64,000 nt of DNA from Gemmatimonadota bacterium (GTDB taxonomy: Bacteria > Gemmatimonadota > Gemmatimonadetes > Gemmatimonadales > GWC2-71-9). The stretch lies in contig JBDUDP010000001.1 of the NCBI GenBank assembly GCA_040002895.1, positions 58,872 through 122,871 on the forward strand, given 5' to 3'. The translations under genes were made by a program, and so were the position numbers. A model generated the notes under the pieces. The model ran no database searches and was not told where the DNA came from. It saw only the letters and a list, made by a program, of their open reading frames with translations. Positions 17,142-27,321 of this stretch are shown in pieces; position 1 is the first letter of the stretch; every line of letters starts with the position of its first letter.

Positions 17142-18478
17142 CCTCGGGCCAGGAGGCACGCCTGGAGGAGCTGGTGCTCCTGGTCCGCGAGGGCCGAATC
17201 GAGACCTTCGTGCAGCTGGCCTGGGAGCTGGAACCGATCGACCTCGCCGATGTACTCGCGAGTCTTGACGACGACGAGCGCCTCGAGTTGGTGCGCGTGT
17301 TGCCGGCCGAGCTGTCGTCGCAGGCGCTGGTGGAACTGCCGGCCGATGCGCACGCTGAGGACATCGTGGCGGCGCTGGGTGCGGCACAGGCCGCCGAGAT
17401 CGTGGACGAGCTCGAGGACGACGATGCCGCCGACTTGCTCGGTGAGCTTGATCCCGAACAGCAGGAGCGCATCCTCGCGGGCGTCGAGCGCCGCGGGGAT
17501 GTTGATCGACTGCTGCGCTACGATGACGAGACGGCCGGTGGGCTGATGACCACCCACCTGGTCACGGTGACAGATCTGGACACCGTGGGTCTGGCGTTGG
17601 AGGCGGTTCGGCGACAAGCCGAGGACGTGGATGATGTCACCGAGATTTTCGTGATCGACACGGCGCGACGCCTGGTGGGAACGCTGAGCTTCAAGCTGCT
17701 GGTGGTGATGCCGCAGGTGCGTCTCGTCCGCGAGGTGATGGAGGATGCGGACATTCGCGTCGGGGCGGAGGAGGATCAGGAGGAGGTTGCGCGCATCATG
17801 TCGCGCTACAACATGGTGGCGTTGCCAGTGGTGGATCTGGCCGGTCGACTGCTGGGTCGGGTGACCTACGACGACGTGAGCGATGTGTCCGAGGCCGAGG
17901 CGACTGAGGACCTGCTGCGCTTCGGCGGCGTGTCGCCGGACGAGGAGCTCTCCGCGCGGTGGTCGAGCTCGGTCCGGAGCCGACTCCCCTGGTTGTACGT
18001 GAACCTGCTCACGGCATTTCTTGCCGCCGCCGTCGTCCTCTTCTTCAAGGGCGCCATCACCCGCATCACGACACTGGCCATCTGGATGCCGATCATCGCG
18101 GGGATGGGCGGCAACGCCGGGACCCAGGCCCTGGCCGTCTCGGTACGCCGACTCTCGCTCGGACAGGTGCCGGTGGATCGAAGTCGGTCCATCATCACCA
18201 AGGAGATCCTGGTCGGCATTATCAATGGCATCGCGATCGGGGTCGTGGTGGCGGGGGTGTCGGTGTTGGTTGGTGAAAGCTGGCGGATGGGGCTGGTGGT
18301 CTTCCTCGCGATGAGCGGAAACCTCCTCGTGGCCGGCTTCGCGGGGTCATTCATCCCCGTGCTCCTCGATCGGCTGGAGATCGACCCGGCGGTGGCGTCC
18401 TCGATTTTCGTCACCACCTTCACCGATGTGTGCGGGTTCGGACTGCTGCTCGGGCTGGCCACCGTAATTTTGCTCTAA
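17138..18478 (+). CDS. mgtE: magnesium transporter MgtE
   Basis: 446 aa with an N-terminal MgtE_N acidic helices region, a CBS pair and 'MGGNAGTQ...' in the TM domain. ATGA overlap with the upstream gene. Confidence 0.93.
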   Translation: MTSGQEARLEELVLLVREGRIETFVQLAWELEPIDLADVLASLDDDERLELVRVLPAELSSQALVELPADAHAEDIVAALGAAQAAEIVDELEDDDAADLLGELDPEQQERILAGVERRGDVDRLLRYDDETAGGLMTTHLVTVTDLDTVGLALEAVRRQAEDVDDVTEIFVIDTARRLVGTLSFKLLVVMPQVRLVREVMEDADIRVGAEEDQEEVARIMSRYNMVALPVVDLAGRLLGRVTYDDVSDVSEAEATEDLLRFGGVSPDEELSARWSSSVRSRLPWLYVNLLTAFLAAAVVLFFKGAITRITTLAIWMPIIAGMGGNAGTQALAVSVRRLSLGQVPVDRSRSIITKEILVGIINGIAIGVVVAGVSVLVGESWRMGLVVFLAMSGNLLVAGFAGSFIPVLLDRLEIDPAVASSIFVTTFTDVCGFGLLLGLATVILL

Positions 18479-18504
18479 CTCCTTCAACCGTGGTACGTTC
18501 CGGG

Positions 18505-19541
18505 ATGGCCGACGACTCGCTGCTCGCCCCATTGCTCGACGGAAAAGTGGCCGCGCTCGCCCGCGCGGTGTCGATCGTCGAGAACGGTCGGGCCGGCTTC
18601 GAGGAGCTGCTGGCTGCCATCCATCCGCGGCTGGGGCATGCCCGTCGCATCGGCATTACCGGCCCCCCGGGGGCGGGGAAGTCGACCCTCACCGAACGGC
18701 TGGTGTCCGCCTACCGGGCGTCTGACCTGCGCGTCGCCGTGGTGGCGGTGGACCCCACTTCGCCCTTCAGTGGCGGCGCACTGCTCGGCGACCGCATCCG
18801 GATGGAGCAGATCGCGCTCGATCCCGGCGTCTATATCCGGTCCATGGCGACGCGGGGCTCGCTGGGTGGGCTGGCGACCTCGACGCGCGAGGTCTGTGAC
18901 CTGCTCGATGCAGCGGGTTTCGACCGCATCCTGGTGGAGACCGTGGGTGTCGGGCAGTCGGAGTTGGATGTGGCGCGGATGGCCGACACCACGGTGCTGG
19001 TGCTGGTGCCGGAGTCCGGCGACGGAATTCAGGCGCTCAAGTCGGGCGTGATGGAGGTGGCCGACTGCTTCCTCATCAACAAGGCGGACCGACCCGGCGC
19101 CGACAAGGTACGGCGCGAGGTCGAACTGGCGCTTGACCTGCGGCTGGGCAAGGCGGAGCGTCAGATGCCGGCGCATCACGGGGCGCTGAAGGGGAAGCGG
19201 CAGCCGGCGCGGGACACCGCGGAGCCTGAGGCGGCGCGCTGGCGCGCCCCGGTGCTGACCGGCGTAGCCTCGAAGGGCGAGGGGATCGATGCGCTGATTG
19301 TGGCGCTCGATCGTCACTGGGACTGGATGTCGGCCAGCGGCGAGCTGAAGCGTCGTCGCCGCACGCGCCTCGCCCAGCGCACCCGCGAAGTGGTCGACCG
19401 TGCAACGCAGCGCTGGGTGTGGCAGGAGTCGAATGCCGAACGCGCCATCACGGCGCGTCTCGATGATGTCACCGCCGGGGAATTGAGCCCGTATGCATTG
19501 GCAGCGGAGATTGTTTCCGCGTTGAAGGAAGGAGCTCGCCT

Positions 19542-19545
<4 letters not shown>
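18505..19545 (+). CDS. meaB: MeaB/ArgK-type G-protein chaperone for B12-dependent acyl-CoA mutase
   Basis: Start at ATG 18505 ([11 protein letters not shown]). Contains '[13 protein letters not shown]', '[24 protein letters not shown]' and 'ETVGVGQSE'. Confidence 0.92.
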
Positions 19546-21236
<1,691 letters not shown>

Positions 21237-21251
21237 CAGCGAGGAGTTGTC

Positions 21252-22406
21252 ATGGCCACCATCAAAGCGAGCACCACGGGGCAGGATCTGCTGCGCATGA
21301 AGCCTGGCGCCCACCCGGTGATCACCTGTTATCTCAAAATCGAACCGCGCGATCGTGCGCGCCGCAAGTATCTCGTGAAGGTGAAGAATCGGATCAAGGA
21401 GGTGGAGTACGCCCTCCCGTCGATGGGGTGGTCCAAGGCGCACCAGGATGCCATCAAGCTCGATCTGGCCCTGATGCTCGACTACCTGCGCGACGCGGAT
21501 CGACTTCCGGACACCCAGGGCGTCGGGATCTTCCTCTCGTCCGGTGCCAAGCTGTTCGAAGTGCGCCCGCTTCCTCGCGTGCATCGCTCACGACTCGCGG
21601 TCGATCGGACACCGTTTGTGCGCGAACTGGCGGCCAGCGAGGAGGAGTTCGGGCGGTTGTTCACCGTGACGCTCGATCGTGCCACGGCACTGATCTGGGA
21701 AGTCACGGCATACGAGGCCAAGGTGGTCCGCAAGGTGGCAACCGAGGTGACGCGGGGCGGGCGCTTTCACGCGACAGGTGCGCGCAGCAACGCCACGGGG
21801 GAACATGCCTACCACAATCGCATCCAGAACGAGAAGCGCCAGCACCTCGAAGCCGTGGCGCGGGCCCTGTTCGAACTCGATCGCGCGTCGCCCGGCCATC
21901 AGGTGGTGATCGCCGGTGCCGGCAATGACGCCAGTTCCCTCGAACCGTACCTGCACAATTACGTGGCCGACCGACTGATCGGACTCGCCAAACTCGCGCC
22001 CAAGGATGCGACACCGGAAGCGGTGCACCATCTCACGATGGACGTCCGGGAACACCACGCACGACTCTCGGAATCGCGCCACGTCGAGGAACTCGCCGAG
22101 GGACTCGGTACCGGCTGGGGGGTGAACGGCGTCCGCGCGACACTCAAGGCGCTCTCCCAGGGTCAGGTTCGGTTGCTGCTCGTCCGCGGCGACGCGGCGG
22201 TCAGCGGATTCCGATCGCTCGCGACTGGGCGCCTGTCGACCCTGGCGCGCGATCTCCGGGATGATGGCGAGGTGGTGCCGAGCGTGGACGTGATCGATGA
22301 CGCGATTGAAGAGGCCCTGCGCCAGCGGGTGGCGCTCGATGTGGTCTACGACACCCAGGCGGCGGACGCGGTCGACGGCCTCGCCGGCCTGCTGCGCTTC
22401 AAGTGA
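21252..22406 (+). CDS. eRF1/Pelota-like (bacterial baeRF1-type) protein with GGR in place of GGQ
   Basis: 384 aa. The C-terminus '[22 protein letters not shown]...[11 protein letters not shown]' follows the eRF1/Pelota domain-3 pattern. The middle '[12 protein letters not shown]...[20 protein letters not shown]' parallels the eRF1 'RGGQSAxRFxRxRxE...RKVAE' region. Confidence 0.6.
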   Translation: MATIKASTTGQDLLRMKPGAHPVITCYLKIEPRDRARRKYLVKVKNRIKEVEYALPSMGWSKAHQDAIKLDLALMLDYLRDADRLPDTQGVGIFLSSGAKLFEVRPLPRVHRSRLAVDRTPFVRELAASEEEFGRLFTVTLDRATALIWEVTAYEAKVVRKVATEVTRGGRFHATGARSNATGEHAYHNRIQNEKRQHLEAVARALFELDRASPGHQVVIAGAGNDASSLEPYLHNYVADRLIGLAKLAPKDATPEAVHHLTMDVREHHARLSESRHVEELAEGLGTGWGVNGVRATLKALSQGQVRLLLVRGDAAVSGFRSLATGRLSTLARDLRDDGEVVPSVDVIDDAIEEALRQRVALDVVYDTQAADAVDGLAGLLRFK

Positions 22407-22416
22407 GGATGCACTG

Positions 22417-22851
22417 ATGATGGCTGCCCCTGACGCGCCACCGCTGTCACGTCCAATCCGCGTGCTGGTGGCCAAGCCCGGCCTCGATGGCCACGACCGT
22501 GGCGCCAAGGTCGTCGCGGCCGCACTGCGCGATGCCGGCATGGAGGTCATCTACACCGGCCTTCACCAGACGCCGGAAATGATCGCGACTGCTGCCGTGC
22601 AGGAAGACGCCGATGTGGTTGGCCTGTCGATTCTCTCGGGGGCGCACATGACGCTCTTTCCCCGGGTGCGCACCCTGCTGGAATCAATGGGTCGGACCGA
22701 CGTGCTCGTCACCGGAGGCGGCATCATTCCTCAGGAGGACATGGATGCCCTGCACGCGCAAGGCATCGGCAAGCTGTTTGGTCCCGGCACGCCGACCGGG
22801 GACCTGGTGACGTACATCCAGGAGTGGGCCCGTATCCACATCCGTTCCTGA
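22417..22851 (+). CDS. acyl-CoA mutase small subunit, cobalamin-binding domain
   Basis: 144 aa from ATG 22417, with GAGGA 8 nt upstream. Contains '[35 protein letters not shown]' (DxHxxG B12 motif), '[11 protein letters not shown]' and '[10 protein letters not shown]'. Confidence 0.9.
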   Translation: MMAAPDAPPLSRPIRVLVAKPGLDGHDRGAKVVAAALRDAGMEVIYTGLHQTPEMIATAAVQEDADVVGLSILSGAHMTLFPRVRTLLESMGRTDVLVTGGGIIPQEDMDALHAQGIGKLFGPGTPTGDLVTYIQEWARIHIRS

Positions 22852-22855
22852 GCGC

Positions 22856-24493
22856 GTGATGACGTCGAGTGAATTGCCCTCGCGGGCGACACGCCTGCAA
22901 GCCCTCACCGAGGAGTACCGCACCCTGGCCGCGCACCTGCGCGAGGGGGGCGGGGAGAAACGCGTCGCCAAGATGCACGCCAAGGGGCAGCTCTCGCCGC
23001 GCGAACGGGTGGGCCGCCTGCTCGACGACGACACGCCGTGGTGTGAGCTCGGACTCCTCGTCGCCTACGATCGCTACGACGGCGAGGCGCCATCGGCCGG
23101 GGTGATCACCGGGGTCGGCGTCGTGGCAGGGCGCGATGTGGTCGTGGTGGCGAACGATGCCACGGTCAAGGCGGGCTCCTGGTGGCCGGAGACGATCACC
23201 AAGATTCTCCGGGCGCAGGAAGTCGCCATGCGGCAGCGGATTCCGATCATCTACCTGGTCGACTCCGCCGGAGTGAATCTCCCATATCAAGGGGGCGTCT
23301 TTCCGGGGCAGTACGGTGCTGCGCGCATCTTCTATTACAACTCGCTCATGCGGCGCTACCTCCACGTCCCGCAGATCAGTGCCGTCATGGGCAGTTGCAT
23401 TGCCGGAGGCGCCTATCTGCCCGCACTGTCCGACGTGATCTTCATGGTCGAGGGCACGTCCTTCATGGGGCTCGGCGGCCCGAACCTCGTGAAGGGGGCC
23501 ACCGGACAAACGGTCGACGGCGAGTCGCTGGGCGGGGCACATACCCACACGCGGGTGAGCAACGTGGCGCACTACCGGGCCACCAATGACACCGACTGCC
23601 TGGTGCAGATCCGCGAGTACGTTGGGAGGCTGCCAACCCTTCCCGGCCTCTCGCACGCGCTGGTGGCGAGTCGTCCGCCCAAGACCGATCCGATGGAACT
23701 GTACGAGATTCTGCCCCAGGATCACCGCATGTCCTACGACATGCGGCACGTGCTCGATGCCGTGCTCGATGAGGGACGGCTCGATGAATTTCAACCGGAT
23801 GTCGCGGGCGAGATGTTGTGTGGTCACGCCCGGATCAAGGGGCATCCGGTGGCGGTGATCGCCAATCAACGCGGCATCATCAAGCGCAAGCCCGGGGAAC
23901 GGCCGCGGTTCGGCGGGATCGTCTATGCCGAGAGCGCCGAGAAGGTGGCGTACTTCATTGAGACGGCAAACCGGGAACGGATCCCGATCCTTTTTGTCCA
24001 GGATGTCAGCGGCTTCATGGTGGGGCCCGAGGCCGAGCACGAGGGCATCATTCGCGCCGGTGCACAGTTTGTCGAGGCGATGGCGACGACGGTGGTGCCG
24101 AAACTGGTGCTGACCGTGAACCATGCATCGGGAGCGGGATATTACGCGATGGCCGGGCAGGGATTCGATCCCGACTTCATCCTTTCCTGGCCCACGGGTC
24201 GCATGGCGGTGATGGAGGGCGAAGCCGCCATCATGGCGGTGCATGGCACTGCGCTCCAGAAGGCGCAGCAGGCAAAGGCGGAGCTGGACACCGAGACCCA
24301 GGCCTCCGTCGATGCCATGCGAAGCGATTATGAGGCGCAACTCGATGCGCGCTACGCGGCCGCCCGAGGGTTTGTCGACGCGATCATCACACCGGAGGAG
24401 ACCCGCGATATGCTCGCGTTCCTCCTCCGGGTGACCGCCCACAATCCAGGCCCCCATCTTGGGCCCTTTGTGCTTGATGGCCTGAGGGGATGA
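22856..24493 (+). CDS. acyl-CoA carboxylase carboxyltransferase (beta) subunit, MccB/AtuC-like
   Basis: 545 aa with 'GGGEKRVAKMHAKGQLSPRERV', 'VVVANDATVKAGSWWPETITKILRAQEVA', 'IIYLVDSAGVNLP' and 'VMGSCIAGGAYLPA'. Confidence 0.85.
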   Translation: MMTSSELPSRATRLQALTEEYRTLAAHLREGGGEKRVAKMHAKGQLSPRERVGRLLDDDTPWCELGLLVAYDRYDGEAPSAGVITGVGVVAGRDVVVVANDATVKAGSWWPETITKILRAQEVAMRQRIPIIYLVDSAGVNLPYQGGVFPGQYGAARIFYYNSLMRRYLHVPQISAVMGSCIAGGAYLPALSDVIFMVEGTSFMGLGGPNLVKGATGQTVDGESLGGAHTHTRVSNVAHYRATNDTDCLVQIREYVGRLPTLPGLSHALVASRPPKTDPMELYEILPQDHRMSYDMRHVLDAVLDEGRLDEFQPDVAGEMLCGHARIKGHPVAVIANQRGIIKRKPGERPRFGGIVYAESAEKVAYFIETANRERIPILFVQDVSGFMVGPEAEHEGIIRAGAQFVEAMATTVVPKLVLTVNHASGAGYYAMAGQGFDPDFILSWPTGRMAVMEGEAAIMAVHGTALQKAQQAKAELDTETQASVDAMRSDYEAQLDARYAAARGFVDAIITPEETRDMLAFLLRVTAHNPGPHLGPFVLDGLRG

Positions 24494-27321
24494 CTGCACC
24501 ACGTTGCGCGCTCCCCGCGATGCTGCTGTTCCTTGCGGGCTGCGCGGCGACCACTCCGGCCGCACGACCGGGTCCGGAGCCGGGTCCTGCGGGCCGCGAC
24601 ATGGCACCGCCGAGCGGTCCCGCCACCAACGTTGCGCCCGTGGCCACTGCGACCCGGAGCCTGCCTCCCGCGGAGGCCTTTCGCGCGGGGATGATGCCGC
24701 TCGCGTCGGCGGGGATTCCACGATTCGCCGCCGAGCATCCCACTGAAGACGGCCGCGGAGTCGTCATTGCGATCCTCGATAGCGGAATCGATCCCTCGGT
24801 GCCGGGACTCCAGCTTACCAGCGAGGGACTGCCGAAGCTGCTCGACCTGCGGGACTTCTCCGGTGAGGGCCGTGTCGTACTGCAGCCGTTGGCGCGGCGG
24901 GGCGACACGCTCTTCGTGGCGGGCCATCGGCTGCTCGGTGCGGCACGCGTGGCGGCGATGGCCGACGGCGGCGCATTCTGGGGCGGCGTGCTCGACGAAC
25001 TGCCCCTGGGCGAGCCACCTGCTGCCGATCTCGACGGCAACGGCACGGTGGGGGACTCGCTTCCGCTGGTCGTGATCCGGACTGGATCGGGATGGGCGAT
25101 GTTTGCGGACACCCAGGGCAACGGCACGCTCGCCGACGATCGTCCCATCCGCGACTACGCCGTGGCCCGCGAGACCTTCGGCTGGAGTCTCAGCAATGCC
25201 GCCCCGCCGGTCACGCTGGCCGTGAACCTGGCCGATTCGGCCGGCGCGCCGGTACTCAATCTTTTCTTTGATACCAGCAGTCATGGGACCCATGTTGCCG
25301 GCATCGCAGCCGGTCACGATCTCTACGACGTTCCCGGCTTCGATGGCGTGGCGCCGGGCGCGCGCCTCATCGGTCTCAAGATTGCCAATGATGCCCACGG
25401 CGGCGTGACGGTAACGGGTGCGATGATTCGCGCCCTCGACTACGCCATTCGCTTCGCCCGCGATCGCAACCTTCGCCTGGTCGCAAACCTTTCCTTTGGG
25501 GTGGGCAATACGCCGCAACGGACGGCCCGAATTGACGTCCTGATCGATTCGGTGCTCGCGGCGAATCCCGATGTGGTGATGACGGTCGCCGCAGGGAACG
25601 ACGGACCGGGCCTCGGCACGGTCGGCTTTCCGGGAAGCGCTGCCCGCGTGCTCTCCGTTGGCGCAAGCGAGCCGGGCGTGTTCGATGGGCTTACGGTCGC
25701 CGACGGAGCGGTCGAGGGTGTCGCCCCCTTCTCCAGCCGAGGTGGCACGCGTGCCGCCCCCGATATCATTGCGCCAGGGACGGCGTACTCGACGATTCCG
25801 AATTTCGCGATCGGTGGTGAGCAGGAGAGCGGCACCAGTATGGCCACGCCCTACGCCGCCGGTTTGGTGGCACGACTGCTCTCAGGGTTCGACGCCCACA
25901 CGCGCCCACCGCCCGCGAGCGCGATTGTGCAGGCGTTGCGCGCGGCCGGGCGGTCGCCAGCCGTGGGCGGTCCGCTCGATGCCGGCTGGGGTCTCCCGGA
26001 CCTCACGGCGGCATGGACCTGGATTCGCCGCTCACCCCAGCCGCCGCCGCTCGTGATCGCCGTTGGCGGGCAGGAATCACGCGGGGCCGTGTTCGTTGCC
26101 GCCGCCGCCGGTGAGCGGGCCCGATCGGTGCATGCGTCGGTGCAGCGCCGTGAGGGCGAGGGTCGCCTCGAGCTCGAGCTTCGGCCCACGGAGGCGTGGA
26201 TCCATGCGCCCCTCACCCTCGTGCTGGCACGGGGAGGCGCGGAATTCGAAGTGGCCGTCGCGCTTGCCGCACTCGCGCCGGGGGCGCATACCGGGGCCAT
26301 CGAGCTGCGGATCGCAGGATCTGACTCTCAGCCCATCGCGCGGATTCCGGTCACAGCGATCATCCCGCTCTCGGCCACCGATCGCGTGGCAACACAGTCG
26401 GTGGTGGTGCCTTCGGGTGGCGTGGGTCGGGTGTTCATCCCCGCCGAGCGCGGGCGCGGCATGCAGATCGAGATTGCTACGGCCGTGTCGCTCCCGCAAG
26501 TCACGGCGTCACTCCATGAACCGGGCGGCATGCCGTTTCGCGACGGCGCACAGCTCCCGGCTGGGAGCGGGGATGGCGCCGCCCTGTTCGACATCGGGGC
26601 GGGAGATGTCATGAGCGGACTCTACGAGGTCGACGTGGCGTCGGGACCGTTGGCTGGTTCCTCGGCCATCGTCACCGTGCGCCGCGCACCGCTACTGCTC
26701 GATGCCACCCTCGCGGGCGACACGGTGCGTGTGGTCGCCCAGAGCATCATTGGGACGCCACTCGCTGTGCGGCTGCGGGCCGGGCTCGTGGGGGCAGAGC
26801 GGACCATCGCCGTCCGGAAATCCGGCGACGCCCCGGTGCGGGTCGCGATCGCCGTTCCCGCATGGGCGGCACGGGTACAGGTCGACTCGAGGATGCCCGA
26901 CGAGCAGTGGGATGCCTTCACCGATCTCGGCATGAGCTTCACCGACCGGCATGGTCGCCAGTTCGCAACCTCACCGGTCAACTATCCCTTCGCGCGAGCG
27001 GCCCCACGGCTGCCTCCCGAGCTGATCGGTGATACGCTGGTGGTGGTGTTGTCACCGGCCTTTGCCAAGCGCCTCGAGCGCGTGTGGCAACTCGACTTGC
27101 TGGTGCGTTTCTATGGTGAGCGCGTGGTGGGCCTCGACAATGGCGGTCGACCCGCCGTCACACTCGGCGCCGGCGCGTCGCTGGAACAGCGATTCCACAC
27201 CGGCCCGATGCCGATTGACCTCTCGGGCGGCCTCGTGCCCGTACTCATTGTCCTGGCGCAGGAAGGCGAGGATTCCATCTGGATGCGCGAGCTCGCGCCG
27301 CAGGGAGGCAGGACACCATGA
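24490..27321 (+). CDS. S8 (subtilisin) family serine peptidase lipoprotein, large tripeptidyl-peptidase-II-like form
   Basis: 943 aa with lipobox 'MLLFLAGCA'. Catalytic triad motifs are 'VIAILDSGID' (Asp), 'HGTHVAGIAAG' (His) and 'GTSMATPYAAG' (Ser). ATGA overlaps occur at both ends. Confidence 0.88.
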   Translation: MTAPRCALPAMLLFLAGCAATTPAARPGPEPGPAGRDMAPPSGPATNVAPVATATRSLPPAEAFRAGMMPLASAGIPRFAAEHPTEDGRGVVIAILDSGIDPSVPGLQLTSEGLPKLLDLRDFSGEGRVVLQPLARRGDTLFVAGHRLLGAARVAAMADGGAFWGGVLDELPLGEPPAADLDGNGTVGDSLPLVVIRTGSGWAMFADTQGNGTLADDRPIRDYAVARETFGWSLSNAAPPVTLAVNLADSAGAPVLNLFFDTSSHGTHVAGIAAGHDLYDVPGFDGVAPGARLIGLKIANDAHGGVTVTGAMIRALDYAIRFARDRNLRLVANLSFGVGNTPQRTARIDVLIDSVLAANPDVVMTVAAGNDGPGLGTVGFPGSAARVLSVGASEPGVFDGLTVADGAVEGVAPFSSRGGTRAAPDIIAPGTAYSTIPNFAIGGEQESGTSMATPYAAGLVARLLSGFDAHTRPPPASAIVQALRAAGRSPAVGGPLDAGWGLPDLTAAWTWIRRSPQPPPLVIAVGGQESRGAVFVAAAAGERARSVHASVQRREGEGRLELELRPTEAWIHAPLTLVLARGGAEFEVAVALAALAPGAHTGAIELRIAGSDSQPIARIPVTAIIPLSATDRVATQSVVVPSGGVGRVFIPAERGRGMQIEIATAVSLPQVTASLHEPGGMPFRDGAQLPAGSGDGAALFDIGAGDVMSGLYEVDVASGPLAGSSAIVTVRRAPLLLDATLAGDTVRVVAQSIIGTPLAVRLRAGLVGAERTIAVRKSGDAPVRVAIAVPAWAARVQVDSRMPDEQWDAFTDLGMSFTDRHGRQFATSPVNYPFARAAPRLPPELIGDTLVVVLSPAFAKRLERVWQLDLLVRFYGERVVGLDNGGRPAVTLGAGASLEQRFHTGPMPIDLSGGLVPVLIVLAQEGEDSIWMRELAPQGGRTP

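Noticed and set aside
22724-24721. Very long antisense or out-of-frame ORFs in the track. Examples: 22724-24721 (-, 665 aa), 60293-62218 (-, 641 aa), 46058-47938 (-, 626 aa), 8045-9604 (-, 519 aa), 19314-20837 (-, 507 aa), 39951-41363 (-, 470 aa), 20234-21928 (+, 564 aa), 2106-3416 (-, 436 aa).
   Set aside because: Their translations are Arg/Gly/Pro/Ala-rich low-complexity strings with no motifs. Each is fully overlapped by an ORF with unmistakable family signatures on the other strand or frame. In DNA this GC-rich, stop codons are rare in non-coding frames, so such shadow ORFs are expected.
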